64,000 nt of DNA from Eledone cirrhosa (lineage: Eukaryota). The DNA is taken from contig OZ024742.1 in NCBI GenBank assembly GCA_964016885.1, forward strand, positions 201,128,001-201,192,000, written 5' to 3'. Positions 13,102 to 26,998 of this stretch are shown piece after piece. The first letter of the stretch is position 1; every line of letters begins with the position of its first letter. Under the pieces are notes generated by a model. That model worked only from the letters and a program-made list of their open reading frames with translations. It searched no databases and had not been told where the DNA came from. A program made the position numbers and the translations under genes.

Positions 13102-16100
13102 TCAGGATTTGGGCACCATGGCCCATTCGAGAAGAGAATTACTGTTTGCGGAGACATATCCGGGTGTGGGTGGTTTGTCCGGGATTACTTGGAGGAATTT
13201 GTCCAAAGACTTCTTGAATTTTGTGTGGTCAGTTTCTGTTTTGACGTGTCCTGGTGTGATGTTGAAGAGAGCAGGGCCAATTGAGGTGAAATAATTGTGC
13301 CGTATTGTTGTTATGAGTTGCGATTTAGATTTTTGTATGGGACGGATAGCACGGGGCCCAAGCCTTGGGTGTATCTTGAAGGCGATGCCAACATCATTTG
13401 GGCAGTGATGATGGAACATTTTCCACATCATGCAGATAATATAACGCTCACGGCGACGTTGGAGTGAGTAAAGTTTCAGCTTTTCTAGTCGACCCCAGTA
13501 GTCAAGGTCTGACATGCCATCTATCTTTTTCGTGATTGCTCTTTGAGGAGCTTCAAGTTTCATGTTACTTTGTTTCGTGTGGGGGGACCACAGTGGACAA
13601 CAGTATTCAAGGTGTGGTCGGGCAAAAGTAGAGAAGAGAAGGATAATGGTGTGGGAATCTCTCGACTGGAAGGTTCTGAGGATCCAGGAACACATTCTGC
13701 GGGCCATGTCAACTTTGCTGCTTATATGCGTGGCCCAGCTTATGTTGCTGTCCACGGTTACTCCCAAGTCTCTGATGTTGTTAGATGCCACGAGAGTTTC
13801 CCCGGAGGGAAGGGAGTACGGGAGTTTCAGAGCATCCTCTTTTCCAAAGTGGATCAGTTCGAATTTGTCTTCGTTCAGTAACATGTTGTTCTTTTCCGCC
13901 CATTGGGTAACAGCCAGTAGGTCTGACTGAAGGCTTATCCGGTCATCCACGCCATTGACGACCTTTTGGAGCTTGGAATCATCAGCGAAAATTTTAATGT
14001 TGCTGTGTTTGATGATCTCAGTGATGTCATTAATATAGATGATGAAGAGAAGTGGGCCCAACACAGTGCCTTGTGGGACCCCACTACTGACTTTGGCTGG
14101 GCTGGATTTGACTCCTTCAACTACAACATGTTGGGTTCTGTTTGACAGGAAGCTCTTGATCTACTGCAGCAGCTTTCCAGTGACACCAATATTGGACAGT
14201 TTTCTCAGTAGAATGTTATGATCAACCCTGTCAAAGGCCTTGCTGAAATCAAGGTAGATAACATCAGTGTTGGAACCCTCTCCCAAGGCTCTCAAAATGT
14301 CATCAAAGTGATGCAGTAGCTGCGTCGGGCAATCCCTTCCATTACGGAATCCATGCTGGTTGGAGTTCAGCATATTGTTACTCTCAAGGAAGTGGGTCAT
14401 TCGTGATCTCACCACTCTCTCAAATACCTTAATGATATGAGAGGTGAGTGAGATTGGACGGTAATTCACGGCAAGGGATCTGTTTCCTTTTTTGAAAACT
14501 GGGACAACAGACTGGGATAGAAGGTTTTCTGGCACATATCCAGCATCCAGTGAGTTCCGCCACAGATTGGCAAGAGGAGATGCAAGTTGGTGTTGACACG
14601 CCTTCAAGACACAAGCAGGGAACCTATCGGGACCTACTGTTGAATTATGCTTGATTTCCTTTATTGCCGCTAAGACATCAGGGGCGCCAAACGTTATGTC
14701 CGATAAGGTGTAATGGGGAGTAACATCGCCGATACAGCCCAGATCGGCCATATCAGGATTGCTGAAAACAGAGCAGTATTGTTTCTGCAGTATCTCACCC
14801 ATGGTTTTAGCATTGTCTTGAAGAGTGCCATTTTCATCAATTAGAGGGCCAACAGTAGAGCCAGTGATTTTGTGTTTTTTTGCAAATGAAAAGAACACTT
14901 TGGGATTGAGTTTGATCTTCTCAATGACCCAGACCTCTGCAGCTCTTCTCTGATTGTTGATGAGAGACATCGTGTTGTTTTGGAGGTTATGTTTTTTAAT
15001 ATCTAGTGATGAAATGGCAGTCAAGTTGATGTGTTGCTGCTGACAGTATATCAGCTTGTTGATATTTTTGTTCGTTCTCTTAATTTTCCTGATGAGCGTT
15101 TTTCTATTTCTAGGGATTCTGCTCTTAGATTTGTTTATAGTTCTTAATGGGGTGTGTTTTGCACATATGTTTGTAATAGTGTCCACAAATGTCTGCCAGG
15201 ACTTTTTGATGTTAGTGGGTGTATGAGTGTGCGTGAAGGACCAGTCGACATGAGCAAGACCATGACTGATCGCTTCCCAGTTTGCATTGTGGAAATCCAT
15301 AGCGTCAAACGGATGGACAGGAGAGATGACATTGGGTTTGTATATTGGACGGTGGAATCTCAGATCACAGAGAACCATGTCATGATCAGAGAGTAGAGTT
15401 TTCTCCACTGCAATATTGTGGATATTGTCAGTGTGATTGCTGAAAATTAAGTCTAGGACGTTTTTGTGGCACCTCGTTGGTTCGAGCACCAGTTGGGATA
15501 GGAAGAAATCATCCATGAAGTCAAGAAGCGATTTCACTGCTTCCCTGTCAGAGGTTGAGGCAGAAGAACCTGGTGGCAGGCTGTTTGTGGACCAGTCAAC
15601 TCCGGGGAGGTTGAAGTCCCCCATCATTAAGATGTTGTCAGGGTGACACTCTTGGATGAAACATTTTATGCTGTTGAGGCATTCCTTGAAGCATGGTACA
15701 GGCGTTTGGGGTGGCCTATAGAGCCCAACTACTATTAGGTTGTTGGTTTGACTGAATACAGTGACTGCTTCGCAGTATCCATTAGTGAATATGTTCATAG
15801 CCTCTGTTGAGAAAGAATTATGGACATAAATGGCAGTCCCGCCCTTTCTTCTGCCAGCGCAATCAGCACGGATGGCTTTGAAATTTTTCACTTTCACCTC
15901 GGCTTCCAAGTGGAGGTTACTGAGATGGGTTTCAGTGAGGACGAAGAAAGGGATGTGGTTTGGATGGACATCAATCCAGTCCTCCAGGAATTTGATCTTC
16001 CATTTTTGAGTATTGGTGGAAGGGCTGATGCCTTGGGCGTTAAGCAAAAATGTAGAGGCGAGAGTGGATGGTTTTAATTGTTTTGGTGTGTTGTTAATTT

Positions 16101-16122
16101 GTTTGTTTGTTAATGGCAGCAA
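13102..16122 (-). pseudogene. CR1/Jockey-group LINE ORF2 (APE endonuclease + reverse transcriptase) with one premature stop
   Basis: APE motifs (LNAQG, LTETHL, GDFNLP, LDLIF, SDHD) and RT motifs (NYRPISLTS, DFSKAFD, GVPQG, FADD). ORFs 14161-16122 and 13102-14064 are in frame across a TAG at 14161-14163. The 3' tail repeat TTCAAAGTTA lies at ~13015-13034. Confidence 0.9.
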
Positions 16123-16390
16123 TGGGAGTTTGTGCAGTGGGGTGATAGTGGAGGGTGGTGCTGGGTGATAGCTCGAATGTTTTTTTCCAGTTCTTTTGCC
16201 AGATTCATTATGGCTAAAAAAGAGGAAGAAGTTTCCTGTTTAGAAGACTGTTGGTGACTGTGGTAGTGGTTATTTTTATGTAGGTTATGGTTTTTGTTTT
16301 TGCTTTTATTTTTAATTTTATTTTCATTTGTCCGAAGGGTCCCCGGGAGATGGGTGAAGGGACAATCCCGTTATTCAAAGTTATTCAAAG

Positions 16391-16511
<121 letters not shown>

Positions 16512-16710
16512 AGAGATATTCAATTTGTTGGAAACCCAACAAATATAGATGTTTATAACTGATTCAGAGCACTCGACAAGTTTCTGGAGTAAGTATTGAA
16601 TAAATGGAAACTATATTTATAAAACCAGATTTTTTCTATTATTCCAGGGATAACTTGAACCGTTAAGGTATATTATCCTTGGTCTTGTCAAATATTTATA
16701 AAATACTTTG

Positions 16711-16772
16711 TATTTTATCTGATGATGGCGTACCAACATTTTTGGTACCCTTGAAATATATATAATAGAATA
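16711..16772 (+). ncRNA. Minimal type I hammerhead ribozyme
   Basis: TATTTTAT-CTGATGA-tggcGTACCAA cattt TTGGTACcctt-GAAA-TATATA-TA-ATAGAATA. It lies in an element (~16510-16805) with inverted ends, homologous to 30560-31025. Confidence 0.85.
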
Positions 16773-16810
16773 AATATGGTTTATAAATATAGTTTCCATT
16801 TATTTACTAT

Positions 16811-16874
<64 letters not shown>

Positions 16875-16959
16875 AAAGATAGATAGATAGATAGATATAG
16901 ATAAATAGTTAGATAGATAGATAGATAGGTAGGTAGTTAGATAGATAGATAGATATATA

Positions 16960-19209
16960 AATTTCTTTATTAGTCACAAGGGCACAAAAGAAGGGGACAA
17001 ATACAAATGGGGAGTTTACATACAGGTATATGAAAATAAAACTATTAATAAAATAACAAATAACAATTGAAATCCCCAATAGGGGGAGGCGTTACACAGG
17101 GGTTGTACACACCCCGAAAAAATGTACAACCCTCATCTCCAGGAGCACCAAGAGTGAGTTTTCCCTTCCTCTCTTCCTCTTTTTCCTCAACTACAGGCTT
17201 ATATAGAGAGAAGGCTCAACCACTCGGGCCATCTTTGCCACATTCACCCACCTTTTATAAAATTTGCTGGGGTACAGCACCTCTCTCTCCATCTTGATTC
17301 TTCTTCCAAAATGATATTTGAAAAAACGAATCAGTTGCTCGCCGGAGAGAAAGGTATCTGACCTAAGCCCTTTTAACCTCGTCCACCATGTAACCTCTTT
17401 CACCATAGCCATAACACAGGAAAACCGCCTCTCCCTCGTTTTTGAAGGAGGGTGGCGGTTTGATCATGACAATGGACTCGGTGGTCAACCGGATTGGTCC
17501 CACCCGCGACAATATTCGTTCTACATATCCCCACAGGTCGGTAACGCCCGGGCAGTGTACAAATGCGTGCGCGACGGTTTCCTCGTCGCACACGCATCTC
17601 GGATAGATCTTTTTCGAAGGATCCCTACCCGGGCGCCCATGTCTGTAGAGCTTGTCTCGAACCGGTAGAGCTCCTCGGTAACACTGCAAGCCAGGGACTT
17701 TTGGAAGTTGTCCATTGGTCCCGGGCGGAAGGTCCTACCGAATAGACTGGCCAGTTTGTCCTCCTCTACGCCTAGAGTTTCTCCGAGCGCGTCGTTGCAC
17801 TTGCTGCGGACCAACCCTCTATAGAATGTCGAAGTGGAGTCTCCACTGATCGCCGGGTCCGTTTGCCAGAGGACTGTGAGCGCCTGAACACATTTGATGT
17901 GCCAGTCGTAGGTAGATAGATAGATAGATAGATATGTTTCTTTTATTTGCCACTAGGGCATCAAAAGTGGGACAAGTACAAAGGGGGGAGTTTACACAAA
18001 AAGGCGTCCTCAATAAGGAGGAGGCAATAACAAAATATAAAAATAAAATAAGATATAACAAAAAATAAAATTTATAACAAAATCCTCAATAGAGAGGAGG
18101 CGCCTTGGGGGGTCGCACACCCCCCCGAAAAAAGTGTGCAACCCTTTTCCTCAGGAGCACAGAGAGGGGGTGCTCCCTCGTTCCTTCCTCTTTTCCACCT
18201 ACAGGCTTATGTAAAGAGAAGGCCCAGTCACACGGGCCATTCTCGCCACTTTCAACCACCTTTCATAAAAACGACTGGGGTGCAGCACCTCTCTCTCCAT
18301 CCTGATCCTTCTTCCGAAATGATATCGGAAGAAACGGACCAGTTGTTGGCTAGAGAGAAAAGTGCCTGACCTCAGTCCTTTCAGACGCGTCCACCATACA
18401 ACCTCTTTCGCCATGGCTATTACGCACAGAAACACCGCCTCTGCTTCATCTTTGAAGGGGGGAGGCGGCTTGATCATTACAATAGACTCGGTGGTCAACC
18501 GGATCGGTCCCACCCTTGACAGCAGTTGTTCGACATAGCCCCACAGATCGGCTACGCCCGAGCAGTGTACCAATGCGTGTGCAACGGTTTCCTCGTCGCA
18601 CACGCATCTGGGACAGATCTTTTTGGCGGGGTCCCTACCCGGGCGCCCGTGTCTGTAGAGCCTTTCTCGAACGGGTAAAGCCCCTCGGTAGCACTGCCAG
18701 GCCAGGGACTTCTGGAAGTTGTCCATAGGTCCCGGGCTGAATGTCCTACCGAACAGGCTGGCCAGTTCGTCCTCCTCCATGTCTAGGGCTTCTCCGAGGG
18801 CGTCGTCGCACCTGCTGCGTACCAGCCCTCTATAGAATGTTGCGGTGGAGTCTCCACTGATAACCGGATCCGCCTGCCAGAGGGCGGTGAGCGCCTGGGC
18901 ACACTCAGTGTGCCAGGCGCCCAGTTTTCTCGGTCTTTGCTTGACCCAGGATTGCAGCTCGGTGAGTGAGACGAGTCTGGGAAAGGTTCGTCTCACAAAC
19001 GAGGCCCACACCGGTTGTCCGGTGAGGAATACGTAGAGGTGCCGTAGCCTTAATGCGTGTTTACGCATCATTAGCCACGGCATCCCCAGCCCTCCTTTCG
19101 AAGGGTGTTGACAGCAGATGGATCTCCTCACCATAGGAGCCCGCCTCTTCCAAAGGAATTGGAAGAGCGCGCGCTCCATCTTGGTGATAGATAGATAGAT
19201 AGATAGATT

Positions 19210-19247
<38 letters not shown>

Positions 19248-19335
19248 GAGATAAATTTCTATTTATTTGCCACGAGGGCACAAAAGAAGGGGACAAATAC
19301 ACAGTGGGGGAGTTTACATAAATCGAGTAAAGAAA
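16960..19335 (-). mobile_element. Three tandem 5'-truncated Tx1-like LINE copies separated by (GATA)n
   Basis: Copies at ~16960-17910, ~17935-19186 and ~19253-19335 match the 3' end of the element at 48837-54547 (GGLGMPWL, CPRC..EETVAHALVHC). Confidence 0.9.
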
Positions 19336-19584
19336 AGATAGATAGATAGATAGATAGGTAGATAGATACATGCATACATACATAAATAGATAGATGCAAG
19401 AATATATATGTGTACATAGATTCACGTTTAGTATATGCATTGTAGATATGGACAAATACTATGTGTAAGGATATTTATCATTATATGTCTCTTTGTATTT
19501 GTGTGTATAAAATCGAATGAGTTATTACATACAAGAATTTGTTAATGCATATAAGAATATGTAATGTATGCAATATATACATAC

Positions 19585-20165
19585 CTATAAGTGGAACAAC
19601 CAGGGAGGTTGGCGGATTTATATCTGATAATAACAGAAAAAATACTGTAAGTGCTAGCAATATCGAAATAGACAGAGTAATCTTCTCACCGCTGTCTGAA
19701 GGCAAATAGAAAACTAAGACAGTGAGACAGGATATCGAAATGCAGGGCATTATTAAATTCAATGTGTAAAACAGAGTGCGCCTGCGCAGTGTGACGTTAA
19801 ACATGATATCCGGATAGGGTTCTGTACAGCATCCATAAAATTTCTCCTTCCGTCTCGCTGTTACATTGATTATGTCCCATTCAACGTTAGGATAGTAGTC
19901 TTTTAGGTCGATCCCTCGTTTGATGACCACTTCCCCAGTGGCAGTAGTGATGCCTTTTTCCATGCAAAAATGTTGTAGGTCTACTTGGTTTCCGTCGTAT
20001 GTCCACGAACCAAATTTCATGAAACACTGCTGCATATCAAATGGGAAAAACTCAACATCGATGGGACAGTAACTCTTGTAGATGGCGGGAGGTTCCCAGA
20101 CTATTCGGCCATCGTAGTGGACAGTGGCTTTTGTCATTAATGTCACTACGAACTCACCATCAGCA
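19585..20165 (-). CDS. Nicotinic acetylcholine receptor alpha subunit, exon encoding the Cys-loop, loop C, M1 and M2 (581 bp)
   Basis: tttcag acceptor and GTatgt donor. Contains [26 protein letters not shown] (vicinal cysteines) and M2 [22 protein letters not shown]. Confidence 0.97.
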
Positions 20166-21138
20166 CTGAAACGAGAATAAATATAAAAATAAAAGGAAGA
20201 ATCGAAAACACGAAGAAGAAAATTGACTTGAAATGTATTATAATATATTCATTTTTCTTGGTTGAAAATGCTGCATAAAATAGTCTTACAATAGGAAAAG
20301 AATAAAACCCTGAATAATATAACCGTGTAAATTCAAGAATTCCAGCTAGATAATGTGCTTGATGCCAAGAGACGCACCTGTTTGGAGCTTAAACGGGAGT
20401 AGAAGAAATTTCATTGTCTTACTTAGACATGGGGCTGATTAGGCCACACTTCAAAGCAATTTCATTGACATTAAACAATTGACAGAACAAGAAACTCTCT
20501 TGTCCGTCCAAGCCCAGAGGTTCGTCAGACTGGATTTAATCCCTGTTCCATTAACGTTTATCGGTTCAGTGTACAAGAAATACTTATGTTTCTCGTCACG
20601 TCGAAATTCACTTTGGTTTCATTAACTTTAAGCAATTGTGAGTAAAAGAATTCCACCCCGGATTGGATGCCAGTCAATCGGAGGATTATCACTCCCGCGA
20701 ATTCACCACATTTATGACACTATTTTATTTTTCGACTCAGAAAGGGGGCTAAAAGAAAACAAAAACAAAACATACACGAGATAAACGGAAGTCGAACTTA
20801 GAAACGAAAAGAGGAAGCGCAACAAATCCCATCGACTTTTAATTCAACGATTTGAAACAGTCAATTCAGCAACTTCAAAGAAGAGCATTGAATTCTTTGC
20901 CATATTTATCCCGTAAACAATATCATGAAAGGTTTTTGTATCTGTGTGTATATATGAATCTGTGTGTGAGCAATATATTTCCGGCAATTTGTGGTGGTCA
21001 GTGAACTAGGCTGGTCATTACGACGACAAAGACCAGCACCACCATCGTCGACGTCTTCTATTACCATAACTAATACCATTATTTGTTATTAAATTGATTA
21101 TTAATTCCATGTCTCGTATTGGACGGCAGATATGCAAT

Positions 21139-21214
21139 GCGTATCACCATATTTCAATGCCTGCTAAGTTACTTCCGGTGACCGGAAGTTTAAGATGTTT
21201 GTCGTCAGATACAC
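21139..21214 (-). ncRNA. Decayed hammerhead-like motif
   Basis: GTGTAT-CTGACGA-[ACTTCCGG/CCGGAAGT hairpin]-GAAA-TATGG-TG-ATACGC. G at the cleavage position and a poor stem II base. Confidence 0.5.
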
Positions 21215-21751
21215 AACACCGCCATGATGGCGTCTTGCATGAATTAGCTACTTAAATACTACGAATAATGGTAATACTAGTAATAATTATAAAGATAGTG
21301 TTAAATTTTGTCCAAGTATTAATATGAATGATAGAGAGTTACTCGAGGAAGAGCTGTGTTAATTCCTCCGACTCCTATAGTCTATGTACTAAATATATTC
21401 ATACAATTTTCTGTATACACATTTGTATCCCAATCCACTCTATATATCAATCTATCAATTTTTCTCTATCACACCCCTCTCTCTCTCTCTCACTATATAT
21501 GTATATATACATGTGTGTGTGTGTGTGTGTGTGTATTACTCTGTTACTCTATTATGTGTTCCAGTGTTCCTGCCGACAGACAGGCCATGCTGGGGCACTG
21601 CCATAAATATATATATATATATATATAGGGAGAGAGAGAGAGGGAGAGAGAGGGAGAGAGAGGGAGAGAGAGAGAGAGAGAGGGAGAGAGTTAAAGAGAT
21701 AGAAAGACACACAGACACACACACAAACATGTGTATGTATGTGTATATATG

Positions 21752-21786
<35 letters not shown>

Positions 21787-22228
21787 CGACCAAAGAAAAA
21801 GTTAATCGCTGCCAATTTTCTACTTATAAAATAGATTTCATAATTGGTGAATCAGTTAATGTTTGAATGTTTTAAATACTACAGCACATTAAACACACAT
21901 ACTAATATATATATATGGCGATTTATGTATTTGTCTGTCAGTATGTCGATGTCATTGTGTTTGTGTACATTCCTTTTGTATATAACCTGACACTCGAAAT
22001 AACACAAAGCATATGTACGTGAAATGATCCAATACTTTCTAATAGACAAACGTATATTATTCAATTTTATTTCACTTTCATTCCTTATTTTATATTTAGG
22101 TCCACACCAGCGTAAAATATGGTTGAATAATGCATATAAAACGGAAACAGTATACATCAGCAAAAATTCTTGTAGTGGAAAATCAATGTATATATATATA
22201 TATATATATATACACGCATACTTAGATG

Positions 22229-22263
<35 letters not shown>

Positions 22264-22277
22264 GTCCGACACGTTAC

Positions 22278-22312
<35 letters not shown>

Positions 22313-22690
22313 TTAATATACACATATATATACAAGGAAATACTGAATTGTAACTGTATGTATGTATTTATATGTATACTCGATATCAATATTTTGAAAA
22401 AGAAAGAGGTGATGAGTAATGTGAGAGAGAGGGCGAATGAAGCGTAGAGAGAGCGAGAGAGCGAGAGAGGAACAGAGAGGGGGAGGGACGAAAAGGGGAG
22501 AGAAATAGGGAAAGAGATAGGGAGACAGATGTCTCTGCCTCAATGGTAAACTCCTGGCAACACCTTAACATCGTACTGATTTTAATGTCTTGCGAAATAA
22601 AAGATGCAAATGTGTGATTTAAATTATAATTCTATAAAATTAGCATGAAAATGTATGTCCATAGCTACCGAATAGAGAGCACACGCAAAC

Positions 22691-22780
<90 letters not shown>

Positions 22781-22807
22781 AACTTTTCGCTCTCCATGGC
22801 TGAATAC

Positions 22808-23084
22808 AATAAATGTAATCTGACTTTTTTGTATATTAATAATAACATTCGATTAATTTGCAATTATGCAAACAAGCCTAATTTTTAAAGCCATGTCAGT
22901 AGAATGAACCCTTCATTCTTGCTCTTGTGTTGACATGTAAACATGCAGTTCTGTTTACATGTCAACACAAGATCAAGAATGACGGGTTCATTCTACTGCC
23001 ATGGCTTTAAAAATGCGGTTTGTTTGCATAATTGCGAATTAATCGAATGTTATTAATATTCGAAAAACTCAGATTAAATTTATT
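22808..23084. repeat. Imperfect ~135-bp-arm inverted repeat (fold-back/MITE-like)
   Basis: Arms meet at an 8-nt loop (22944-22951). A second small hairpin follows at 23092-23128. Confidence 0.8.
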
Positions 23085-23569
23085 ACATATACTAGCAGAA
23101 AAACCACCCTCGAGTGGTTTTCTGCTAGCATGTGTAGTGTGTATATTGACATTATACGCAAGTATATATACATGTAGATATGATACATCAAATAAATTCG
23201 TAATTGAAAATATATACAGAAATTGTACGGAGACTGCGTTACACTGTCTTATGTAATCAGTAACGTAATCCATGATACATTAAAAAAAAAGACAATATTA
23301 TATATAAACTGCATTAGGAGAAAATTAGTGACAGAAATATATGTATTTTTATTTAAACGATCGCTAACCGGAAGTGTGTCAACACTTTGAAAGAAGTGAA
23401 TCTTTAAATAAGTAATAACATATATTTAATGAACAGCCATGAAATTTAGTAGATAAATTATGTAATATTCATTCATTAATTATTGAAAGTAATCAAATTT
23501 ATTTTACTAAGGGGATAAAACATTATAAACCGTACGCAGGCTCGTGCTTCTTACTTTATTTTAGTTTAT

Positions 23570-25072
23570 ATATATATATATGTATATATATATATAAACA
23601 GAGGATGTCTGTCTGTGTAAATCTCTAAAACTCGAGAAGTCCCCAACCGATTTTTTCAAACTTTACACATGCGTTACTTATATTTCTTGAAGTGCAATGG
23701 ACTATTTTAACTTATTCTGCCCTAGCTAGGCGAAAAACCGCATTTTTAAAGGCATTTTTAGCCCATTTTTAGGCTTAACTTAAGATAATCCAGCCGATTT
23801 CCTCGAAATTTTTAGCACACATTAGTTAGACCCCTCGCATTGGTGTGGACGAAATTTCTGATTCCATTAATGGTTTCTAGGAAATTTACGAATTAGCATT
23901 GGGCATTACATGCCATTTTCATTTTCAATATAAACGCTACTTAAATATCGTAAGTAGCGTATACTATTTTGTTAAAAATTTGGTTTATTTAACAGTGGAC
24001 ACAACACTTACTTACTTTTAAGCAGGACCATTTTCGGAGGATTGAGGAAATTAGGAGGACCTTAACATTTTTGTCGGCGCCCTGTTGATGCTTCGTGCTT
24101 TCATCATGCGCAAATCCGGGCCCTGCGTACATTGCCGTGTTATTGACACCGTAAAACTCACTTCTGTGCTACTTCTACTAAGACCCCTTTTGTTGCACCT
24201 ACACCGCAGTATGAACGCCCTGCACAAGTACGCCGAACAGCGGTTGTGCTAATTCCGCGGTGACTCCTTTTGTCGTACTATTGTTGCTGTGTAAACGCAG
24301 TGCAACCAGTGCCGCCCAGCGTTTCTGCTAATTGCACAATGACCCCTTTCTGCTGCAGCTGCGTTGCCACGCTGATTTCGTCATCTCAATATCCCTACTA
24401 AAACGTACATCCCTACTTGGTTTTCACACAATTGACTACGTGGCTACATCAGACTTACGCGTGTTCCCCATTCGTGACGTAATTCGTGAACAGACTTACG
24501 ACATACATCGCCCCACAACACTTACTTACTCCTTTTGCATACAGGATTTCCGCAATCAACCCACTGACACTGCTACTACTGGTATCCCTGCTCGAGATCA
24601 ATCCTCCACTCATTCCACAGAAAGTTGGTACGTACACTATACTTTTTCACCAGTTTTAAGCAGTTGCATTGACTATAACGCCTTTCAATAGCCTAGCACT
24701 TCATTTACGCCCACTTTTAGTTTTCGTGGCGTTGTACACGTTGTGGAGCATTAATTCTACCTACTTTGCCAGTTACAGTAGACGACTGGGTACGAATCTA
24801 TAAAACTCGAAAAGTAACTAACCGATTTTCTCCAAATGGAAGAAAAATGACACTCTAAGATTTAGTACGTTTAAAGACCATCCAGCTGATTTTCTTCAGG
24901 TTTTGCACATGCATGCAGATGTTTCACGATTCGGGCTTGCTTGTGTTCTACGTTTCCAGTAGATGAATAATCATTCCCTGAGAATAAGGGAATTCAAAAA
25001 GTACACAGCTACATTCCTCAATCTTTGAATATGCGTGTTCCTAACCCGTGCAACGCCGAGTCCTGCTGCTAG
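23570..25072 (+). mobile_element. Non-autonomous Helitron-like element
   Basis: 3' end cccgtgcaacgccgag...gCTAG|T. The 5' region is shared with ~46075-46200. The 5' boundary is approximate. Confidence 0.7.
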
Positions 25073-25753
25073 TATATTATACACACAAAACATGTTTTTA
25101 TATTATCAAGTGTTTCCTCTATAGCGCCTCAATTTGAATTGTCATCTAGTACTATTTCACTCTAGTACGAAACTTTACAAAACTCAATAATTGCAGAGTC
25201 AAAAATGGTATTTTGGGGGAAGTAACAGATTGACACCATTATTTTTAGTTAGCTATATTGTTATATACCGCATTTCCTGGCGTCGAAGACGCTACTTATT
25301 CCTAAAAAATTCTCTAAAAGGAGTCTCAAAAACCCGAAGGTTGTTATTTTTTTCCAAATTTTTGGTTGTCAAAAGTAGGGTGCGTCCTCGAGGAACAAGC
25401 GTCTTTGTCGCCAGGTAATTTGATATATACGCAAACACTATATTTCCGCAGATTAGATACCTATCTGCAATTCCTCCTCTAGGATTTGAAATTACTCTCT
25501 TGGGAGCCAAATGCCTCCTGTCTGAAAAACACTGGTTGTCTGGACGGCAGTTTTTGGGGGCTTTTTGCATACTGAATCATAACTTCCGTTATTGTCGGGT
25601 ATATTGATATTTCAGTTATATATATATATATAAGTATGTATGTATACGTACATACATATATGTATACAGACGTACAGTAGCATGTATATATCAGCCTGAA
25701 TTACGCCGTACAGTATATACTTTCGGACGTTCAACCATCTGGCAGAAAGGTAT

Positions 25754-25796
25754 ACGGTGCTGACGATAGCTAATAAGCTTGAAACTAGTACATCGT
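25754..25796 (+). ncRNA. Ultra-minimal type I hammerhead ribozyme (43 nt)
   Basis: ACGGTG-CTGACGA-tAGC taataa GCTt-GAAA-CTAG-TA-CATCGT. It lies in element 25631-26057, which carries an inverted 5' segment. Confidence 0.85.
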
Positions 25797-26054
25797 TCCT
25801 GTGTCAGTGTTGAACCAAAAGGTGACGTGGTTGCCTAAACACTGTACGGCGTAATTCGGGCAGGTTTGTTTCTTTACAAACGAACAAATGTTCGGTAAAC
25901 TGATACGTGCATATATATATGTGTGCCTGTATGTAGATATATACATGCTACTGTACGTCTGTATACATATATGTATGTACGTATACATACATACTTACAT
26001 TTAAGTAAGTGCCGTACTAAGAGTGAGAAATGAAATTTCGTTTCATTCTATTCC

Positions 26055-26113
<59 letters not shown>

Positions 26114-26489
26114 ATGTACACGGCAGCTTTCAGTTTTGGATCTGTTTCCATTTCCTCCTTGGCTATCAATACTCCCTTGGGATGGGATTTGAAATGCCAT
26201 CTCTAGGATCTACTTGAGACTCTTTTATATATGAGACAAAAAATTAAACTTAAGTAACGGCTGGCTTATATTTTTTCAAATGCCTGAAATGTTACAGTTG
26301 GCATAGGGCTCACCAACAACAACAAAATCAACACGCACATTAACACCTTTCATTTTTGATCATAACAATATTCAACCTGCTGTAAAAGTCTCTACCGTTT
26401 CAATTGGCAAAGAAGCGGGGAAATTGTGATTATTATACTAAAATTATATATCCTTACTTTGAACAGATTTTAAGGGCAAAACCAATCAG

Positions 26490-26761
26490 CAGTGGTAGAC
26501 TCTGAGTTAGATGATTGGATAACATCTACGAGCTTGGCTTGTCTCGCTTGGGGATCCAGCCGGATCAGTTGGAGACGGTTGCTTCTGAAAGGAACCGCTG
26601 TAAGGAGTGTTTCAGGAGCCTGCCCTCACGACCCTCACATGAAGAAGAAGAAGAAGAAGAAGAAGAAGAAGAAGAAGAAGAAGAAGAAGAAGAAGAAGAA
26701 GAAGAAGAAGAAGAAGAAGAAGAAGAAGAAGAAGAAGAAGAAGAAGAAGAAGAAGAAGAAG
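26490..26761 (+). mobile_element. RTE-like LINE 3' end with a (GAA)n tail
   Basis: Short decayed coding-like end followed by ~120 bp of GAA repeat, which abuts the exon donor site. Confidence 0.5.
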
Positions 26762-26769
26762 ACCCGTAC

Positions 26770-26879
26770 TTGTTGTACAATACAATATCTGGCCTCCACA
26801 GATCCTTCGATGGTATGTGCATCATTTTCACATCACCGTATTCTTCAGGAATCCATTCTAGACGTGTATCGTACCATTC
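26770..26879 (-). CDS. Nicotinic acetylcholine receptor alpha subunit, 110-bp loop A exon
   Basis: ttttag acceptor and GTacgg donor. Reads EWYDTRLEWIPEEYGDVKMMHIPSKDLWRPDIVLYN(N); phase 2 joins 20165 to give NNADG. Confidence 0.96.
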
Positions 26880-26998
26880 CTAAAAGAAAACGTGAAATAT
26901 AAGAAATATAAGATATTATTTAAAATTTAAGTAAGAAAATTAATGAATCAAATATGTGGCTAGGAATTTTAAAAGATTCATTCGCAAGACACAGGCTT

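Noticed and set aside
26492-26902. Poly-K, poly-E and poly-S ORFs
   Set aside because: They come from the (GAA)n tract; only 26770-26879 on the minus strand is a real exon.
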